From an uncultured Alphaproteobacteria bacterium (lineage in GTDB: Bacteria > Pseudomonadota > Alphaproteobacteria > Micropepsales > Micropepsaceae): a stretch of DNA of 64,000 nucleotides. A program made the translations under genes and the position numbers. The notes beneath the pieces are model-generated. The model ran no database searches and was not told the DNA's origin. It saw nothing but the letters and a program-made list of their open reading frames with translations. Positions 60,404-64,000 of the stretch are shown here, in pieces (positions within the stretch are counted from its first letter, which is position 1; each line of letters opens with the position of its first letter). The stretch spans positions 21,777 to 85,776 of the forward strand of contig CAVTLJ010000002.1 of NCBI GenBank assembly GCA_963735625.1, written 5' to 3'.

Positions 60404-60652
60404 TCAGTGTTTCTCGTCGCCGCGCACCGGCGGCTTGTTCGGCGCGTTATCGAGAAACCACAAAAGATCCTTCGGCTTGGCCTTGCCCGCCCTGCGCTTG
60501 AAGAATTCCGCAGCCGTTTCAACCGCGCCGACCTTTTCGGCTACCGCAGCCGCAATCCACTGGTTCAGGGACACGCCGTCTTCCTTGGCGAGTTTCGCCG
60601 CCGCAGTCTTGATCGACATGGGAAGTTTCAGAGGATATGTCGCTTTGCTCAT
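60404..60652 (-). CDS. Ribbon-helix-helix antitoxin (HicB-C-like)
   Basis: YPLKLPMSIK..EDGVSLNQWIAAAVAEK; overlaps the PIN gene. Confidence 0.82.
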   Translation of the reverse strand: MSKATYPLKLPMSIKTAAAKLAKEDGVSLNQWIAAAVAEKVGAVETAAEFFKRRAGKAKPKDLLWFLDNAPNKPPVRGDEKH

Positions 60653-61074
60653 TGTCTCACCCTGCTCAGGATTTCGCCCGGCCGCAAAATCAATACGCCA
60701 AATCGCGCGCCTGCCGCCGAGAAATCTTTCACGTTGAACGTTACCAGCATATCCGCGCGGCCATTGATCGCGGCCTCCAGCACCATCTCGTCCGCCGGAT
60801 CGTTCAATTGAGGCCGCCAGCCGATATGAACCGTCACGGGCTCGATGGTGCCGGCCAGCGCCGCGAGAAACTGTTCCAGCGCCGCATCGTCCAGCCCGTG
60901 AACCGCGCGTTGTTCGGGCCGCTTGATAACCTCCTCATATTCCAGAAACAGCGCCGGAGTGGCCAGCGCGGCGATGCGCCCTCTGGCGATGAGCCGCAAG
61001 ACCTCGTTGGACGCGCCCCTGCGGCTTCGCAAAGCCGCAACCACAACGGAGGTATCGATGACAGCCCGGATCAC
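60649..61074 (-). CDS. PIN-domain toxin
   Basis: VIDTSVVVAALRS, LEYEEV, DPADEMVLEAA, VTFNVKDF. Confidence 0.9.
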   Translation of the reverse strand: MIRAVIDTSVVVAALRSRRGASNEVLRLIARGRIAALATPALFLEYEEVIKRPEQRAVHGLDDAALEQFLAALAGTIEPVTVHIGWRPQLNDPADEMVLEAAINGRADMLVTFNVKDFSAAGARFGVLILRPGEILSRVRQ

Positions 61075-61080
61075 ACGCGC

Positions 61081-61109
61081 AAAATAACAGACATCCCATG
61101 GGATGTCTA
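61081..61109 (-). promoter_or_regulatory. PIN TA promoter with a perfect 20-bp palindrome
   Basis: TAGACA-N17-TATTTT, 6 nt before GTG; AGACATCCCATGGGATGTCT at 61089-61108. Confidence 0.7.
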
Positions 61110-61206
61110 TATCGGGACCGATCCCTGCAATTCAGCCATACTCGCAAGTGGACGGTCGCCCGGCGATTGTGCGATGAAGAGCCGAAATCTACAGACAAAC
61201 CCCGCC

Positions 61207-62088
61207 ATGGCCCGTCCACAGACCGTCCGCAAAGCCGTTCTTCCCGTCGCCGGCATGGGCACCCGCTTCCTGCCCGCCACCAAGGCCGTGCCGAAGGAGA
61301 TGCTGCCGGTGGTCGATAAGCCCGTGGTGCAATACGCCGTCGAGGAGGCCAAGGAGGCGGGAATCGAGCAATTCATCTTCGTCACCGGCCGCGGCAAGCA
61401 CGTCATCGAGGATCATTTCGACCACGCCTATGAGCTGGAGATGCTGCTCTCCTCGCGCGAGAAGACGGCCGAACTGAACTCGCTGCTGGAGGGCTTGCCG
61501 GGCACGGGCTCGGTCAGCTTCACCCGCCAGCAGAAGCCACTGGGGCTTGGCCATGCGGTGTGGTCGGCGCGCCATTTCGTGGGCGACGAGCCGTTCGTCG
61601 TGATCCTGCCGGACGATCTGATGATCGGCACGCCCGGCGCGCTGTCGCAGATGATGGACGCCTATCGCCAGGTCGGTGGCGGCGTGATCGTGGCGGCGGA
61701 AGAACGCCCGCTTGAGGAAACCAGGCGTTACGGCGTGGTCGATCCGGGCGCGGTGAAGGGCAATGCGGTGGAAGTGAAAGGGCTTGTCGAAAAACCCGAT
61801 CCGGCCAACGCGCCTTCGCGGCTCTGCATCATCGGGCGCTATATTTTGCAGCCGGAAATTTTCGCAGAGCTCGACCGGCAGGAGCAGGGCGCGGGCGGCG
61901 AAATCCAGCTCACCGATTCCATGGCGCGGCTGATCGGGCGCATGCCGTTTCATGCCGTGACGACCGATTGCGCGCGCTTCGATTGCGGCGACAAGGTGGG
62001 GTTCCTCCACGCCAATATCGCCGTCGGCCTGATGCGGCCCGACATCGCGCCCGCGCTGCGCGCCATCCTCAAAAGCGTGAAGATATAA
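61207..62088 (+). CDS. galU: UTP--glucose-1-phosphate uridylyltransferase
   Basis: KAVLPVAGMGTRFLPATKAVPKEML, LGLGHAV, VEKP, GEIQLTD. Confidence 0.96.
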   Translation: MARPQTVRKAVLPVAGMGTRFLPATKAVPKEMLPVVDKPVVQYAVEEAKEAGIEQFIFVTGRGKHVIEDHFDHAYELEMLLSSREKTAELNSLLEGLPGTGSVSFTRQQKPLGLGHAVWSARHFVGDEPFVVILPDDLMIGTPGALSQMMDAYRQVGGGVIVAAEERPLEETRRYGVVDPGAVKGNAVEVKGLVEKPDPANAPSRLCIIGRYILQPEIFAELDRQEQGAGGEIQLTDSMARLIGRMPFHAVTTDCARFDCGDKVGFLHANIAVGLMRPDIAPALRAILKSVKI

Positions 62089-62100
62089 AGCGGAGTTTTC

Positions 62101-63422
62101 ATGCGTATCGCCATGATCGGCACGGGATATGTGGGGCTTGTGTCCGGCGCGTGCCTTTCGGAATTCGGCCATGACGTGACATGCGTGGATAAAGACGCGG
62201 CCAAGATCGACGCGCTGAAAAAAGGCACGATCCCGATTTTCGAGCCGGGGCTGGACGATGTCGTCGCGGTCAATGTGAAAGCGGACAGGCTTTCCTTCAC
62301 CACCGATCTTGCGCGTGCCGTGAAAGAGCGCGGACGCGGTGTTCATCGCGGTCGGCACGCCGTCGCGGCGCGGCGACGGGCACGCGGATTTGAGCTTCGT
62401 GTTCAGCGCCGCCGAAGAAATCGCCCGTTCGCTCGACGGCCACACCGTGGTCGTGACCAAATCGACCGTGCCGGTCGGCACCGGCCAGCAGGTGGAAGAT
62501 ATCATCCGCAAGCTCAGGCCCGATGCCGAGCTTCGATGTCTGCTCCAATCCCGAATTTCTGCGCGAAGGCTCGGCGATCGAGGATTTCCGCAGGCCCGAC
62601 CGCATCGTGGTCGGTTGCGACAGCGAACGCGCACGCAATGTGATGAAGGAAATCTACCGCCCGCTTTATCTGAACGAAACGCCCATCGTATTCACCGCGC
62701 GCGAGACGAGCGAACTCATCAAATATGCGGCCAATGCGTTTCTCGCGACCAAGATCACCTTCATCAACGAGATGGCCGATATTTGCGAGGCGGTCGGCGC
62801 GGATGTGCAGGATGTGGCGCGCGGCATCGGGCTCGACGGGCGCATCGGCGGCAAATTCCTTCATGCCGGACCGGGCTTCGGCGGATCGTGTTTCCCGAAG
62901 GACACGCTGGCGTTGCTGAAAACCTCGCAGCAGGTGGGTGCCACCGCGAAAATCGTCGAAGCCGTGATCGCGGTGAACGATGCGCGCAAGCAGGCGATGG
63001 CGGAAAAAGCCGAGCGCGCTTTCGGCGGCGTGAACGGCAAGACCGTTGCCATCCTCGGGCTGACCTTCAAACCGAATACCGACGACATGCGCGATGCGCC
63101 GAGCCTTGTGATCGTGCCCTATCTGCAATCGAAGGGCGCGCGCATCCGCGCCTACGATCCCGAAGGCCACAAGGAAGCGGCCAAGCATCTCGGCAATGTC
63201 GAGTTGTGCAAGGACGCCTACGAGGCGCTGTCGGGCGCGGACGGCGTGCTGATCCTCACCGAATGGAACGAATTCCGCGCGCTGGATTTGAGCCGCGTGA
63301 AATCGCTGCTCAAGCGCCCGCTGATGGTGGATCTGCGCAACATCTACCGCCCCGCATCGATGGCGGCGGCGGGCTTCACCTATATCAGCGTGGGGCGGCC
63401 CGCGGCAGAGCCGGAAAAATAA
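62101..63422 (+). CDS. ugd: UDP-glucose 6-dehydrogenase (frameshifted)
   Basis: IGTGYVGL, KSTVPVGT, SNPEFLREG, GFGGSCFPKD, FKPNTDDMR. Confidence 0.95.
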
Positions 63423-63425
63423 TCG

Positions 63426-63794
63426 TCATACGCCCAAGGCGCGCTTCAATGCCTTGGGGTTGCGGTCGATCGCCAGAAGCAGCGCGCGCGCGGGACCTTC
63501 GGGAATGCGCCTGCCCTGTTCCCAATTGCGAAGCGTGTGCGGACTGATCTGGAACGCGCGGGCAAAACGATCCTGCGACAGGCCGGTCTTGGCGCGGATC
63601 GCCGAAACGTCGAGCGGATCGACCTTGCGCAGCTTGCCGCTTTTCAGGGCGGCGGCGAAATCGATTTTTCCGGTCGCGCTGCCGTCTTCTTTTGCATGGC
63701 GGGCAATATCGCGCTCGGTCGTGCGGCGGAGTTTGGCCCGGCGCACGCGCGCCTTTGCAGCCGCCTGTTCAGCCGTATATCTGACGATAGACAT
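63426..63794 (-). CDS. XRE/HTH antitoxin
   Basis: IRAKTGLSQDRFA..TLRNWEQGRRIPEGPARALL. Confidence 0.85.
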   Translation of the reverse strand: MSIVRYTAEQAAAKARVRRAKLRRTTERDIARHAKEDGSATGKIDFAAALKSGKLRKVDPLDVSAIRAKTGLSQDRFARAFQISPHTLRNWEQGRRIPEGPARALLLAIDRNPKALKRALGV

Positions 63795-64000
63795 CGCGCT
63801 CACTCCTGCTGGCCCGGCGGGCCGAAATGATGCGGCGGTTCTTTTCCCGCCATGTGTAAACGACGAACAATATCTCGTCCTCGACCCGGCCTATGACCTG
63901 GATTCGCCGCTCGCCATAGGCGAAACGCTCATCATCCATTTCGAGTGTGGGACCGGCGAAAATAAGGGCCGCATACGCGAAATCGAAGCCGCGATCCCGG
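63769..64000 (-). CDS. BrnT family toxin (5' end outside the window)
   Basis: Manual translation: RGFDFAYAALIFAGP..YGERR..IG..LFVVYTWR..RRIISARRASRSER. Confidence 0.88.
   Translation of the reverse strand, partial: RDRGFDFAYAALIFAGPTLEMDDERFAYGERRIQVIGRVEDEILFVVYTWREKNRRIISARRASRSERDVYRQIYG

Overview
High-GC alphaproteobacterial chromosomal segment. The assignment rests on a CtrA box in front of fzlA, tRNA-His without G-1, and the recG/sdhE/mfd gene order. The assembly is rich in indels: many genes, including hisS, mfd and recG, are split by 1-nt frameshifts that look like sequencing errors, so coordinates of those genes are reconstructed and approximate. Core genes: fzlA-queG, hisS-hisZ-hisG, an opp ABC transporter, btuF/C/D with a cobalamin riboswitch, ppk2, mfd-sdhE/recG, acyl-CoA metabolism genes, galU/ugd/epimerase, tRNA-His(GTG) and tRNA-Arg(CCT). 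There are also five type II toxin-antitoxin pairs and several REP-like palindromes. The two best candidates for poorly described systems are: (1) a TonB-dependent receptor - YfiR - CckA-type kinase - single-domain receiver operon (18.7-23.0 kb), with a second receptor paralog at the left edge; (2) an S8 protease / ECF sigma / anti-sigma / secreted Gly-Ser-rich protein locus (31.6-35.2 kb) in which the same ECF-type promoter motif precedes the sigma gene and the Gly-Ser gene. No CRISPR array, integrase, transposase or rRNA was seen. All family assignments come from motif recognition by eye, not from database searches.
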